DNA of 64,000 nucleotides from Candidatus Nealsonbacteria bacterium (GCA_047456305.1 CP179888.1:189307-253306), one strand, 5' to 3'; shown: positions 33,862 through 42,442, counted from the first letter of the stretch. Program-made: numbers and translations. The notes: generated by a model not told the origin, from the letters alone.

Positions 33862-35664
33862 TTAGTAGGTTTCTTCCCAATGTTCAATATTTATTATTGG
33901 TGAAAATTGGGGCGGTTCTGGTTCCCACCCTAATCCATACCATACTATATCTTTATCATAAGTAATATCAAACCAGGTATAAATTTTGCTCTCTATCTTA
34001 ACTTTGCCTCCTATGATGGCCCCCTTAATATCAAAGTATTGTAATATGCTAGTTACTTTTATTTCCTCGATAGCATACAATACCCCTGTAATATCAATAT
34101 CGTGCCAAAAGAAAGAATATTTACCAAATTCTATCTTCTTTTTAGCTAAAAGACCGCAAGGATGGTTTTGGCACCACGTAGTACAGTCTGTAATATAATC
34201 AGGGTCACATACTGTTACACTGGAATCTCCATATTGGCTAGGTTCATCGTGTTCTTTCCACTCCAATTTGTTCCCAATTTTAATCTCTTTAGCTACCAAG
34301 GCTCCATTAACTACCAGATGGCGACCTCCCTTTAATTCAACATTTTTGTCAACATAAGTAATCTCGCTGTTGAGAACCAATTTACCTCCTTCTCCTACAT
34401 TCCATAAAAGAGTTTTAAAATCATCCTCGGAAAAAACACATCGGCTATCAGACAGAACCTTAGTATCAGTATCATCATAACCTAAAACTTTACATTGGGC
34501 TGAATTTTCTGCCTCTTGAGCCCTACATTTGAAAGAATGACTATTGGGGTTATCACACTCAGGGTAATCGGAATCAAAATCGACCATTGGAACAGAAACT
34601 GTAGGCTCTAAAGCTTCTGGGGGAGGAGGACATCTACCGGTAGGACAGTTTGGATCACATCTGTCACTAGCACAAACAGCTTCGGCAGTCAAATTACTAT
34701 CAGCTGCGCCATGTTTAAATTCAAGTCTGTCTACCGCAAAAGCTATACCTTCTAAATTCTCTATTATCTCGGTCTCAGGATCATCTTTAGTATCTGGATC
34801 ATCATTAACTACGAGATGAGTCAACCAGCCTTCAATTTTTATCTTTTCATTGCTAAAAATATTAGCCCCATCAACCCCCTGCTCACCAATCTTCACACTA
34901 CTATCCTTGACTTTAAGCTCTTTCTCCCCAGCAAAGAGAGCATTGCCTTTACCATTATGGACTTCCACATTGCTAAAATCTTCAATTTTTAGCGCTTCGT
35001 TAGAAAAAATATTTCCATCATAAACCTTTAGATCGCTCCTTTTAATTTTAAGCTCTTTTTCTTTTCCAGTACAACCAGCAAAGAGAGCATTGCCTCCAGG
35101 GCTATGGACTTCCACATTGCTAAAATTTTCAATTACTAATTTTCCATTAGAAAAAATATTTCCATCATAAACCCTCACCTGACTTCGCTTAATTTTAAGC
35201 TCTTTCCCCCCAGCAAAGATAGCAGCTTTTTCGAGCGGATCGGCTAAAGCTTTGAATACTGTGGTCTTGATTACTCTTTGAGCGGTTTTTCCATTAAGAT
35301 TGATGGTTGCCTTAGAAACAATTCTTCCTCGTCCACAAGCAGAATTTTGAATCTCAACTCTATAGAAACTATTGGGAAATAATGGGTCGGTCTTTTCAAA
35401 ATTTGCTGACCAGTTTTCACAACCTGGCTTAGTTATAAAATCACTTTTCCAAGCAGGGTCGCCAGCTGTTGCTATCTCATCATTTTTCAATTTCCAGATT
35501 GCCTGGTTAATTCCTGCCTCGGCTAAATAATAGGCCCTATTTCCTGCCTCTTGGCTTTTAGAAATCTTAGATTCAGTTAAAGCAAAGGATAGAAAATAGA
35601 CACTTAAAAGTAGTAATATCCCTAAGCTGAAAAAAGCAATGATGGTAATAATTCCTTTGTTCAT
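33862..35664 (-). CDS. large PilX-N-like pilus-associated protein (putative tip/minor pilin-like)
   Basis: 600 aa. Hydrophobic N-terminus plus 'AGNRAYYLAEAGINQAIWKL' (PilX_N-like). Three ~45-aa internal repeats ('KELKIKRS.L/VKVYDGNIFSN..L.IE.FSNVEVH...GNALFAG') and a Cys-rich middle region. Confidence 0.55.
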   Translation of the reverse strand: MNKGIITIIAFFSLGILLLLSVYFLSFALTESKISKSQEAGNRAYYLAEAGINQAIWKLKNDEIATAGDPAWKSDFITKPGCENWSANFEKTDPLFPNSFYRVEIQNSACGRGRIVSKATINLNGKTAQRVIKTTVFKALADPLEKAAIFAGGKELKIKRSQVRVYDGNIFSNGKLVIENFSNVEVHSPGGNALFAGCTGKEKELKIKRSDLKVYDGNIFSNEALKIEDFSNVEVHNGKGNALFAGEKELKVKDSSVKIGEQGVDGANIFSNEKIKIEGWLTHLVVNDDPDTKDDPETEIIENLEGIAFAVDRLEFKHGAADSNLTAEAVCASDRCDPNCPTGRCPPPPEALEPTVSVPMVDFDSDYPECDNPNSHSFKCRAQEAENSAQCKVLGYDDTDTKVLSDSRCVFSEDDFKTLLWNVGEGGKLVLNSEITYVDKNVELKGGRHLVVNGALVAKEIKIGNKLEWKEHDEPSQYGDSSVTVCDPDYITDCTTWCQNHPCGLLAKKKIEFGKYSFFWHDIDITGVLYAIEEIKVTSILQYFDIKGAIIGGKVKIESKIYTWFDITYDKDIVWYGLGWEPEPPQFSPIINIEHWEETY

Positions 35665-35735
35665 AGATATTAGATGATAGATATTAGATGATAGATGATA
35701 GAAAATCTTAGGCGAAACTATCCAAAATCTAATTA

Positions 35736-36704
35736 TTAGAAATTTCTGCCAAAAATTTTAGTTTCCATTTTCAGGGTTTTTCCTCCTTTCGTTAAAGTCA
35801 GGGCAATATTAATAACCTCAGAACCCCAGAATTCTAAATTATCTACATATTCACCAATTACTCGAAGCTCTTCCAAAATAACCTCTAACAAGCATTCTCC
35901 AGCACCAGTGTCAGGAGTAGCATCCCGAGAAGCATAGGTCCCTGGAGTTTTACAGCTCGCTTCTGCTTGACAACCACCGTCTGTTGAATCTTCTGAAATA
36001 CAATAAGTAATGACTTTTCTCTGGATATTCTGGATATTATTGCTAGTATCCAGGTAATAATGAATATAGTAATAAGAAGTATCTATTTTATACTCTGAAG
36101 TATCATTAGGATTTGTATCCCAATCACTATCTACCTCAGCTTTTTGATTTGTTTCATTATAACTAACAATCTTTCTTATTTGCCCCTTCCCAGTCCCGCC
36201 GATTATTTCTATAAACATATCTTTATAGAAATCTTTTTCATCTGAAGCAGTTGAAGCTAAAGTAATATAGGAAACACCTTCACCATCAACACCTCCTCCT
36301 TGAGCAATATCTTCTTCAGAAATCGAGGATAGATGACCGTCTTGAAATAGAATTTCATCTTTGGGGCTAGCAAGGTCGGTGGCTATTAGTTGGGCTTGAC
36401 GAATTTCTCTAGTTAATCTCTCTAAGATTACTCTTCCATTTTGAGTGAGTTCAGCTGCAATTTCTTCTTCCCGGTAAGTGCGGTGACTCAATATATAGGT
36501 TCCATAAATTGCTCCAATAACTAAAATAAGAATAGTAATGGTCACTAAAAGTTCAGTTAGGGTAAAGCTCTTCTGAAGTCTGAAGTCTGAAGTCTGAAGA
36601 TCTGAAGATTTTTTCTTCGTAGGGGCCCACCGAAGGTGGGAGGATGTGGCGGGAGGGTTGTAGTCTTCGTACTTCGTACTTCTTTTTATTTCTTCATACT
36701 TCAT
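35736..36704 (-). CDS. type IV pilin-like protein with atypically long repeat-encoded leader
   Basis: 322 aa. The class III signal core 'SFTLTELLVTITILILVIGAIYG' is preceded by a 46-aa leader with no alternative start codon. Position -1 is Ser, not Gly. Large globular C-domain. Confidence 0.65.
   Translation of the reverse strand: MKYEEIKRSTKYEDYNPPATSSHLRWAPTKKKSSDLQTSDFRLQKSFTLTELLVTITILILVIGAIYGTYILSHRTYREEEIAAELTQNGRVILERLTREIRQAQLIATDLASPKDEILFQDGHLSSISEEDIAQGGGVDGEGVSYITLASTASDEKDFYKDMFIEIIGGTGKGQIRKIVSYNETNQKAEVDSDWDTNPNDTSEYKIDTSYYYIHYYLDTSNNIQNIQRKVITYCISEDSTDGGCQAEASCKTPGTYASRDATPDTGAGECLLEVILEELRVIGEYVDNLEFWGSEVINIALTLTKGGKTLKMETKIFGRNF
36611..36666 (-). repeat. 56-nt GC-rich hairpin element, copy inside the pilin leader
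   Basis: The reverse complement reads agactacaaccctcccgccacatcctcccaccttcggtgggcccctacgaagaaaa. Homologous to 26317-26372 in infB. Flanked by the heptamer arrays TCTGAAG (36572-36607) and CTTCrTA (36665-36716). Confidence 0.9.
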
Positions 36705-36719
36705 ACTTCGTACTTCTTT

Positions 36720-37139
36720 TTATCTTTTAGCAATTAGAGTAATAATTTCTACTTTTTTAGGAAATGTTCTAAGAGCTGATTTCCAATATACAGTTACTTT
36801 TACTTGTTTTAAGCCCGGGTCAGGATAACAACTGACTTCGCTAAAATCTTCGCCGTCAAGGCAAGTTATTTCTGTCTCTCTTTTGAAGTTACTAAAATTA
36901 GCTATCGTTTCATAATCTTCAATGTCAGGACAAACATCGTCAGAACAAAGCACCTTGCTGTATGATTTAGAAAGATTTTCTTCTATTTTCGCCTGGCCAA
37001 GCTGGCTGGCTATTGTAGCCATTCGGGCAGACCTTTCTATTTGGACTGCTAAAGGAAAAGCATTTAAAACCCCAAGAATTCCTATTGTTAAAATAAAAAT
37101 TGCTATTATTGTCTCAATTAGGGTGAAACCCTTTTTCAT
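36720..37139 (-). CDS. type IV pilin / pseudopilin (prepilin-type N-terminal cleavage/methylation domain)
   Basis: 139 aa. 'MKKGFTLIETIIAIFILTIGILGV'. Confidence 0.8.
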   Translation of the reverse strand: MKKGFTLIETIIAIFILTIGILGVLNAFPLAVQIERSARMATIASQLGQAKIEENLSKSYSKVLCSDDVCPDIEDYETIANFSNFKRETEITCLDGEDFSEVSCYPDPGLKQVKVTVYWKSALRTFPKKVEIITLIAKR

Positions 37140-37140
37140 A

Positions 37141-37584
37141 TTATTTTATTTTAACAAAACCAGATGGTTTAACATCAATAATTTTTTCGTCTCCCTTAGT
37201 ATTCTTTAAGGTAATAGTTCCACTCTTTTTTACTGCTCCATAGGGATTAAACTCCACTTGATTATCAAGAAAATCAGTAAAACTAAGATTTGTAATTTTA
37301 TCGGGAAGAGATACCTCTTTAAGAGGTTGACCTCCACTACACTGAATTATTTTATATTTTCTATCGGTTGGGAAATTTGTGGGGAATTGGAGGCAATATT
37401 CAATCTGTTCGGTTAGGGCCAGTTGCTGAGCATAACGGAGGTCACTAATCAAATTTCTAACTGCTCCATTTAATTGTAAAGTTGGCTGATAATTCTTAAA
37501 TATTGGGACACTAATTCCAGCAAGAATTACAATGATACCAATAACAATCAGAATTTCAATTAAAGTAAAACCATTTTTTGTCAT
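37141..37584 (-). CDS. type IV pilin / pseudopilin (prepilin-type N-terminal cleavage/methylation domain)
   Basis: 'MTKNGFTLIEILIVIGIIVILAGI'. ATG 37584 is preferred. The ORF-track start at 37608 lies in the upstream repeat array. Confidence 0.8.
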   Translation of the reverse strand: MTKNGFTLIEILIVIGIIVILAGISVPIFKNYQPTLQLNGAVRNLISDLRYAQQLALTEQIEYCLQFPTNFPTDRKYKIIQCSGGQPLKEVSLPDKITNLSFTDFLDNQVEFNPYGAVKKSGTITLKNTKGDEKIIDVKPSGFVKIK

Positions 37585-37654
37585 TTTAACATTTAAGCAT
37601 CTAAGCATTTTAACAGTGGGTTTATATGTTTAGATGTTAATATGTTTAGATGTT

Positions 37655-38875
37655 TTAGATTGCTCCCAGCATTGAATACATTGGCTGGATCATTGAGATG
37701 GCAAAAAAGCCAACCATTGCTCCAATAATAAGCATCAAAACAGGTTCTATCACTGCTGATAAGTTTTTAGTAGCATTTCCTACTTCAGTCTCAAAAAAAT
37801 CAGCCAGTTTTCCTAAAACCTCTGAAGTCTCCCCGGTCTCCTCCCCTACTTCAATCATCTGAATAATTATCGAAGGGTAAATATCCTGATAGGGTTTTAG
37901 GGCTTCTGAAAGCTTACTTCCTTTCCTGACTTTCTCAGCAGATTCTGCTATTGCCTCTCGAAAATAAATATTCCCCAAGGCTGCTGAGACAATTTCTAAA
38001 GTCCTGACAATAGGAACCCCAGAGGCAAAAAGAGAGCTTAAGGTTCTGACTGTGTAGGCAGAATTAGTTTTTCTAATAATTGGGGAAATAATAGGAATTT
38101 TTAAAGAGAGAAAATCTACCATTCTCTTTCCTCTTTTTGTTTTTAAAATTATCCGAAAGACAAAGAAAAGTCCAATAACTATCAAAATACCGAAAAACCA
38201 TTTTTCAGCTAAAAAAGTGCCAAAGGAAATTACCAATTTAGTAGTAGGAGGAAGTTCAACGTTCAAATCCCTAAAAGTTTCTGCTAATTTGGGGACAACC
38301 ATAACTAACATCAAAAATCCAATGCCTATCATGGCGCAAATGATGACGGCTGGATAAATCATTGCCCCTTTTATTTTTGATTTTAATTCATATTCTCTTT
38401 CCATCTGCTGAGTTAAAGTTTTTAAAACTTCTTCCAGAGTTCCAGCTTCTTCTCCAACTTTTACCATACTAATAAAAAGTTCAGAGAAAATGTCGGGGTG
38501 CTTTTGTAAAGAGTCAGAAAAACTTTTTCCTCTGGTTATCTCCTCAGCTACATTAAATAGAGCCTTCTCGAATTTTTTACTTTTTGTCTGTAAGGCTAAA
38601 ATTCCTAGAGCCCTGGGCAAAGAAATACCAGCTGCAATCATCACCTGTAAATTTTTGGTAAACATCATTTTCTCAGTTAAGGAAACTCTTCCTAAAAATG
38701 GTAAAGAGATTTTGAATTTCTTTCTTTTAATCTCTTCCCCTTCCAAACTTGCCGAAATTAAAACATAGCCTTCTTGACGAAGGACTCTGGCCAGTTCTGA
38801 CTTATCTTTAGCTTCTAGAGTTCCTGATCTATCCTCTCCTTTTAGAGATTTGGCAGTATAGAAATATTTAGGCAA
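37655..38875 (-). CDS. pilC: type IV pilus platform protein PilC (GspF family)
   Basis: Two GspF repeats ('MMFTKNLQVMIAAGISLPRAL', 'AYTVRTLSSLFASGVPIVRTL') and three TM helices. The ORF is open to 39031, but those 52 codons are a GC-rich dispersed repeat. TTG 38875 gives the canonical 'MPKYFYTAKSLKGE' N-terminus. Confidence 0.8.
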   Translation of the reverse strand: MPKYFYTAKSLKGEDRSGTLEAKDKSELARVLRQEGYVLISASLEGEEIKRKKFKISLPFLGRVSLTEKMMFTKNLQVMIAAGISLPRALGILALQTKSKKFEKALFNVAEEITRGKSFSDSLQKHPDIFSELFISMVKVGEEAGTLEEVLKTLTQQMEREYELKSKIKGAMIYPAVIICAMIGIGFLMLVMVVPKLAETFRDLNVELPPTTKLVISFGTFLAEKWFFGILIVIGLFFVFRIILKTKRGKRMVDFLSLKIPIISPIIRKTNSAYTVRTLSSLFASGVPIVRTLEIVSAALGNIYFREAIAESAEKVRKGSKLSEALKPYQDIYPSIIIQMIEVGEETGETSEVLGKLADFFETEVGNATKNLSAVIEPVLMLIIGAMVGFFAISMIQPMYSMLGAI

Positions 38876-38891
38876 TGGAGTGAGGCAACAA

Positions 38892-39018
38892 GTTTCAAAG
38901 TAGCTTTCGTAGGCGGCTGAGCATGGTCTCGCCGAAGGCGAGTCAGCCGCCGAGAACGCAGGCTGCCAAACCTCGCTGGGGTTTGGACAGCCGGTACTTT
39001 GAAAACTTCGTTGCCGAG
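38892..39018 (+). repeat. ~110-nt GC-rich nested-hairpin element (copy X)
   Basis: GGCGGCTGA-GCATGGT-CTCGCC-GAA-GGCGAG-TCAGCCGCC ... CTCGCTGGG ... CCGAGC. Homologous to 56998-57108, with compensatory stem changes. Confidence 0.8.
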
Positions 39019-39023
39019 CATAA

Positions 39024-40772
39024 TTATTCAATAATGACCCTTAATACTTCTTCAATTGATGTTATTCCCTGGGCTGCTTTAATAAATCCGTCCTCAATCA
39101 TTGTTCTCATTCCTTCTTTTTGGGCCTGGGCCTGAATTTGATCAGAGGTTGCTTCTTTAACAATTAGTTCTTTTATGGTTTCGGTAACATCTAAAACTTC
39201 GAAAATCCCAATCCTGCCACTATAACCCTCCGGGCATTCCTTGGTTGATTTTGGTCGATAAAATTCGATTTCCTTAAAAGTGGCTTTCGGTTTTACCAAT
39301 TTTTCCTCCCTTAAGATTTTTAGAATCCGGTCTAAATCACAATATTTTTTCAAATTTTTTAGTTCTGGTTCTTTTAGAGTGTACTTAGTTTTTTCTTTAC
39401 AAAGTTTTCTAACCAGTCTTTGGGCTAAAATAATTTCAAGGGTTGAGGAAAGCAAAAATGGCTCTGTCTTCATATCGATCAATCTGGGGATAGCTCCAGC
39501 AGCATCGGTAGTATGCAAAGTAGATAAGACTAAATGGCCAGTTAAGGCGGCATTAATAGCTAAAGAAGCTGTTTCGTTATCTCTAATTTCTCCCACCATA
39601 ATAATATCGGGGTCCTGACGAACCAAAGACCTGAGACCTGAAGCAAAGGTTAAACCAATTTTTGAATTAACCTGAGTTTGGTTAATTCTTGGCATTCGAT
39701 ATTCAATTGGGTCTTCAATGGTTGAGATATTTACCCCGGGAATATTCAGAATTTCCATCATGGCATACAAAGAGGTGGTTTTTCCACAGCCGGTTGGTCC
39801 GGTAACAAGAATCATCCCTACTGGTTTTCTCAAATTATCCTGAACTCTTTCTAAGGCTTCGTCTCTTAATCCTAATCCCTCTAAGGTAAGAACTTTGGCG
39901 GTTTCAGGCAATAGTCTCATAACAATTTTTTCTCCGTTAAAAACCGGCAAAACCGAGACTCTAATTGAGTATCTGTAATCCTCGGTTTCTATCTTAAAAC
40001 GGCCATCCTGGGGAAGTCTATGCTCGTCTAACTTTAAATTGGAGAGAACTTTTATTCTGGCTACAATTCCTGAGCTAACTTGTTTAGGAAGAGTCATAGC
40101 ATCATGTAAAATACCATCGATTCGATAGCGGACTATAACTTCTTTTTCCAGGGGTTCTATATGGATATCAGAAGCTCGCTGTAAAATTGCGTGCTTCATT
40201 AGGGTATCAACAATCCTAACCACTGGTAGTTCTTCGGCTGCTTTTAAAAGTTCTTCTTTCTCCTCAACTACTTCCTCTTCCTTTATCGGTTTAATAATCC
40301 CAGCTTCCTTTTTGATAATTTCCCCGAATTCAGCCTCGAGGGTTTTTTGGTATTGATTTAAAACGTTTTTGATGGAATTTGGAGTAGTCAGTCTTGGCAG
40401 AATTTTTAAATTTGCTGTCTTTTTAATAAATTCAATGGTTCTTAAATCTTCCGGGTCAAGCATAGCCACTTCTAAATTATTTCCCTTTTTTCTAAAGGCA
40501 ATAATATTATGACTCCTGGCAATTGGTTCGGGAATAAATTTTAGAACTTCTGGCGAGATTTTTTCTTTTTCTAAGTTTATAAAAGGAATCCCTAAAATAT
40601 AGGCTTCGAGTTTAATTAGCTCTTCTTGGGTAATTAAACCATCTGAAATTAAAACATCTCCGACTTTCTGGCGGGTAATTTCTGCTTTTTTTAGGGCTTT
40701 CTCAAACTGGTCTTTGGTAACTAAACCAGCATCCAAAAGAAAGGCTTTTAATTGTCCTGATTCAACTCGCAT
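39024..40772 (-). CDS. pilB: type IV pilus assembly ATPase PilB (GspE family)
   Basis: 582 aa. N-terminal GspE_N/MshEN-like domain, Walker A 'GPTGCGKTT', Asp box, Walker B 'IIMVGEIRD', His box 'GHLVLSTLHT', and a tetracysteine-like region. Confidence 0.9.
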   Translation of the reverse strand: MRVESGQLKAFLLDAGLVTKDQFEKALKKAEITRQKVGDVLISDGLITQEELIKLEAYILGIPFINLEKEKISPEVLKFIPEPIARSHNIIAFRKKGNNLEVAMLDPEDLRTIEFIKKTANLKILPRLTTPNSIKNVLNQYQKTLEAEFGEIIKKEAGIIKPIKEEEVVEEKEELLKAAEELPVVRIVDTLMKHAILQRASDIHIEPLEKEVIVRYRIDGILHDAMTLPKQVSSGIVARIKVLSNLKLDEHRLPQDGRFKIETEDYRYSIRVSVLPVFNGEKIVMRLLPETAKVLTLEGLGLRDEALERVQDNLRKPVGMILVTGPTGCGKTTSLYAMMEILNIPGVNISTIEDPIEYRMPRINQTQVNSKIGLTFASGLRSLVRQDPDIIMVGEIRDNETASLAINAALTGHLVLSTLHTTDAAGAIPRLIDMKTEPFLLSSTLEIILAQRLVRKLCKEKTKYTLKEPELKNLKKYCDLDRILKILREEKLVKPKATFKEIEFYRPKSTKECPEGYSGRIGIFEVLDVTETIKELIVKEATSDQIQAQAQKEGMRTMIEDGFIKAAQGITSIEEVLRVIIE

Positions 40773-40834
40773 AATAATCGCAGAACAGACACGGAAAAGT
40801 TCTGCATTGATTCTGCCTTTAGTTCTGCCTCAGT

Positions 40835-41206
40835 TCAGCGGCCTTCAAGGGCTTTTTTAATTTTTTCTAAAACTTCTTCCAAGGTGTATTGGGCTTTCAC
40901 TAAATAGGTGGTCGCTCCCAGCCCAATTGCTTTGTCAACATCTCCTATTCCTTCAAGATTGGTCAAGATAATAACCGGAATTTCTTTTGTTTCAGGGTCT
41001 TCTTTCAGTTGTTTTAAAACCTCGAAACCGTGGACTTTGGGCAAAATTAAATCTAACAAAATCAGGTCGGGTTTTTTAGTCTTAGCCATTTTCAGCCCTG
41101 TTTCTCCGTCTAAGGCTGGAATCATTTCATAACCCTCTTGGCTTAAAATTTCTCCAAAGGTTTTTTGGAGTGCAGATTCGTCTTCGATAAATAATATCTT
41201 TTTCAT
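40835..41206 (-). CDS. single-domain response regulator (CheY-like receiver)
   Basis: 123 aa. 'KILFIEDE', phospho-acceptor 'DLILLDLILPK', 'PVIILTN', 'YLVKA'. Confidence 0.85.
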   Translation of the reverse strand: MKKILFIEDESALQKTFGEILSQEGYEMIPALDGETGLKMAKTKKPDLILLDLILPKVHGFEVLKQLKEDPETKEIPVIILTNLEGIGDVDKAIGLGATTYLVKAQYTLEEVLEKIKKALEGR

Positions 41207-41228
41207 AAAAGTTTTATATTATTTAATT

Positions 41229-41301
41229 GGTTCACCCTGTTAAATAATTTCGCCTTTGGCGAAATTGCCGCAGAGTGGCATTTAACAGGGTAAAGTGAAC
41301 C
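41229..41301. repeat. ORF-less palindromic element with CCCTGTTAAAT / ATTTAACAGGG termini
   Basis: ggttcaCCCTGTTAAATaatttcgcctttggcgaaattgccgcagagtggcATTTAACAGGGtaaagtgaacc, with the inner hairpin AATTTCGCC-TTT-GGCGAAATT. The right arm overlaps the kinase stop codon. The same termini flank the GIY-YIG ORF at 48215-48499 and the comF insert at 2033-2076. Confidence 0.8.
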
Positions 41302-42256
41302 AAAAGGTCGACCCAACTCCCTCTTGGCTTGAAAATCCAATTTTTCCTCCTGATTTTTCAACAATGGCTTTGGTAATATAAAGACCTAAGCCTGATCCCT
41401 GGGTTTGATATCTCAAGACATTTTCTGAACGGAAAAATTTTTGGAAAATATATTTTTTATCTTCCTTAGGAATACCTACGCCATTATCTGCAATTTCAAA
41501 ATAAAGTTTTTTTCCTTTCTTCTCAAGTTTTATTTTAACTTTACCTTTATTTTTAATATAACGAATGGCATTATCTAAGAGATTCCCAATTACTAATCTA
41601 ATTTGAGAGGGATCAGCAAGAATCTCTGGTAAATCCTCCTCACTCTTGAATTTTACCTCAATATTTGAGGCCTGAATAAAAGGCTTAAATTCTAAGATTA
41701 AATCTTTTATTAAATTCTCTAAAGAAAACTTTCGCTTTTTTAAGGAAAGATCTCTTTGTTCAATTCTTGAAACGGTTAATAAATCTGAAATTAACTCCTC
41801 CATCCGACTATTATTTTCTTTTAAAATTTTAAAGTATTCTGTTTGTTTTTCCTCAATCTTGCCAATTCTGCCCGACATTAAAAGCTCAATCGCCCATCTT
41901 AAATTAGAAAGGGGACTTCTTAATTGATGAGAAACCACACTGATAAATTCTGATTTCATTCTATTTGCCTCAGCCAATCTCTCAAAGCCCTGAATTATAA
42001 TAAAATCAATAATAAACAAAGTGGCGGTTAATAAAAGTATAATCAGAGCTATTAGCACAGGGTCCTCAACATAGCGGGTACCTATGGCATAGGTAATGAC
42101 GGCTGTTCCAATAATAATTATTCCCATTATTAAAAAAAGAAATTGGGGACACTGCCAAAGAGAAAGGCCATAGCGCCTACACTGAGCAATGATATTAAAT
42201 TGACTAAAAACTTTCTTGAAGTTCACTAATTCCATTGTAGCATATTTGAAAAACAA
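41282..42256 (-). CDS. sensor histidine kinase (2 TM, HisKA plus HATPase_c)
   Basis: 324 aa. H-box 'SVVSHQLRSPLSNL', N-box 'LLDNAIRY', G1 'DNGVGIP', G2 'GSGLGLYI'. Confidence 0.85.
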   Translation of the reverse strand: MFFKYATMELVNFKKVFSQFNIIAQCRRYGLSLWQCPQFLFLIMGIIIIGTAVITYAIGTRYVEDPVLIALIILLLTATLFIIDFIIIQGFERLAEANRMKSEFISVVSHQLRSPLSNLRWAIELLMSGRIGKIEEKQTEYFKILKENNSRMEELISDLLTVSRIEQRDLSLKKRKFSLENLIKDLILEFKPFIQASNIEVKFKSEEDLPEILADPSQIRLVIGNLLDNAIRYIKNKGKVKIKLEKKGKKLYFEIADNGVGIPKEDKKYIFQKFFRSENVLRYQTQGSGLGLYITKAIVEKSGGKIGFSSQEGVGSTFWFTLPC

Positions 42257-42274
42257 GTAAAAATATGATAGATT
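42246..42274 (+). promoter_or_regulatory. candidate promoter for tRNA-Pro(UGG)/tRNA-Gly(UCC)
   Basis: TTGAAA, 17 nt, TAGATT. The predicted +1 is about 8 nt before the tRNA-Pro 5' end. Confidence 0.4.
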
Positions 42275-42288
42275 TAGATTATAGAATA

Positions 42289-42359
42289 CGGGGTGTGGTG
42301 TAATGGTAGCACGAGTCTTTTGGGAAGATTTAGTCCGAGTTCGAATCTCGGCACCCCGA
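42289..42359 (+). tRNA. tRNA-Pro(UGG)
   Basis: 71 nt. Acceptor CGGGGTG/CACCCCG, anticodon stem AGTCT/AGATT, loop TTTGGGA, T-arm CCGAG-TTCGAAT-CTCGG. Confidence 0.8.
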
Positions 42360-42371
42360 CCTTCATCGATT

Positions 42372-42442
42372 GCGGGTGTAGCTCAATGGCAGAGTCTCTG
42401 GTTTCCAACCAGATTATGTGGGTTCAATTCCCATCACCCGCT
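42372..42442 (+). tRNA. tRNA-Gly(UCC)
   Basis: 71 nt. Acceptor GCGGGTG/CACCCGC, anticodon stem TCTGG/CCAGA, loop TTTCCAA, T-arm with GGTTCAATTCC. Confidence 0.85.
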
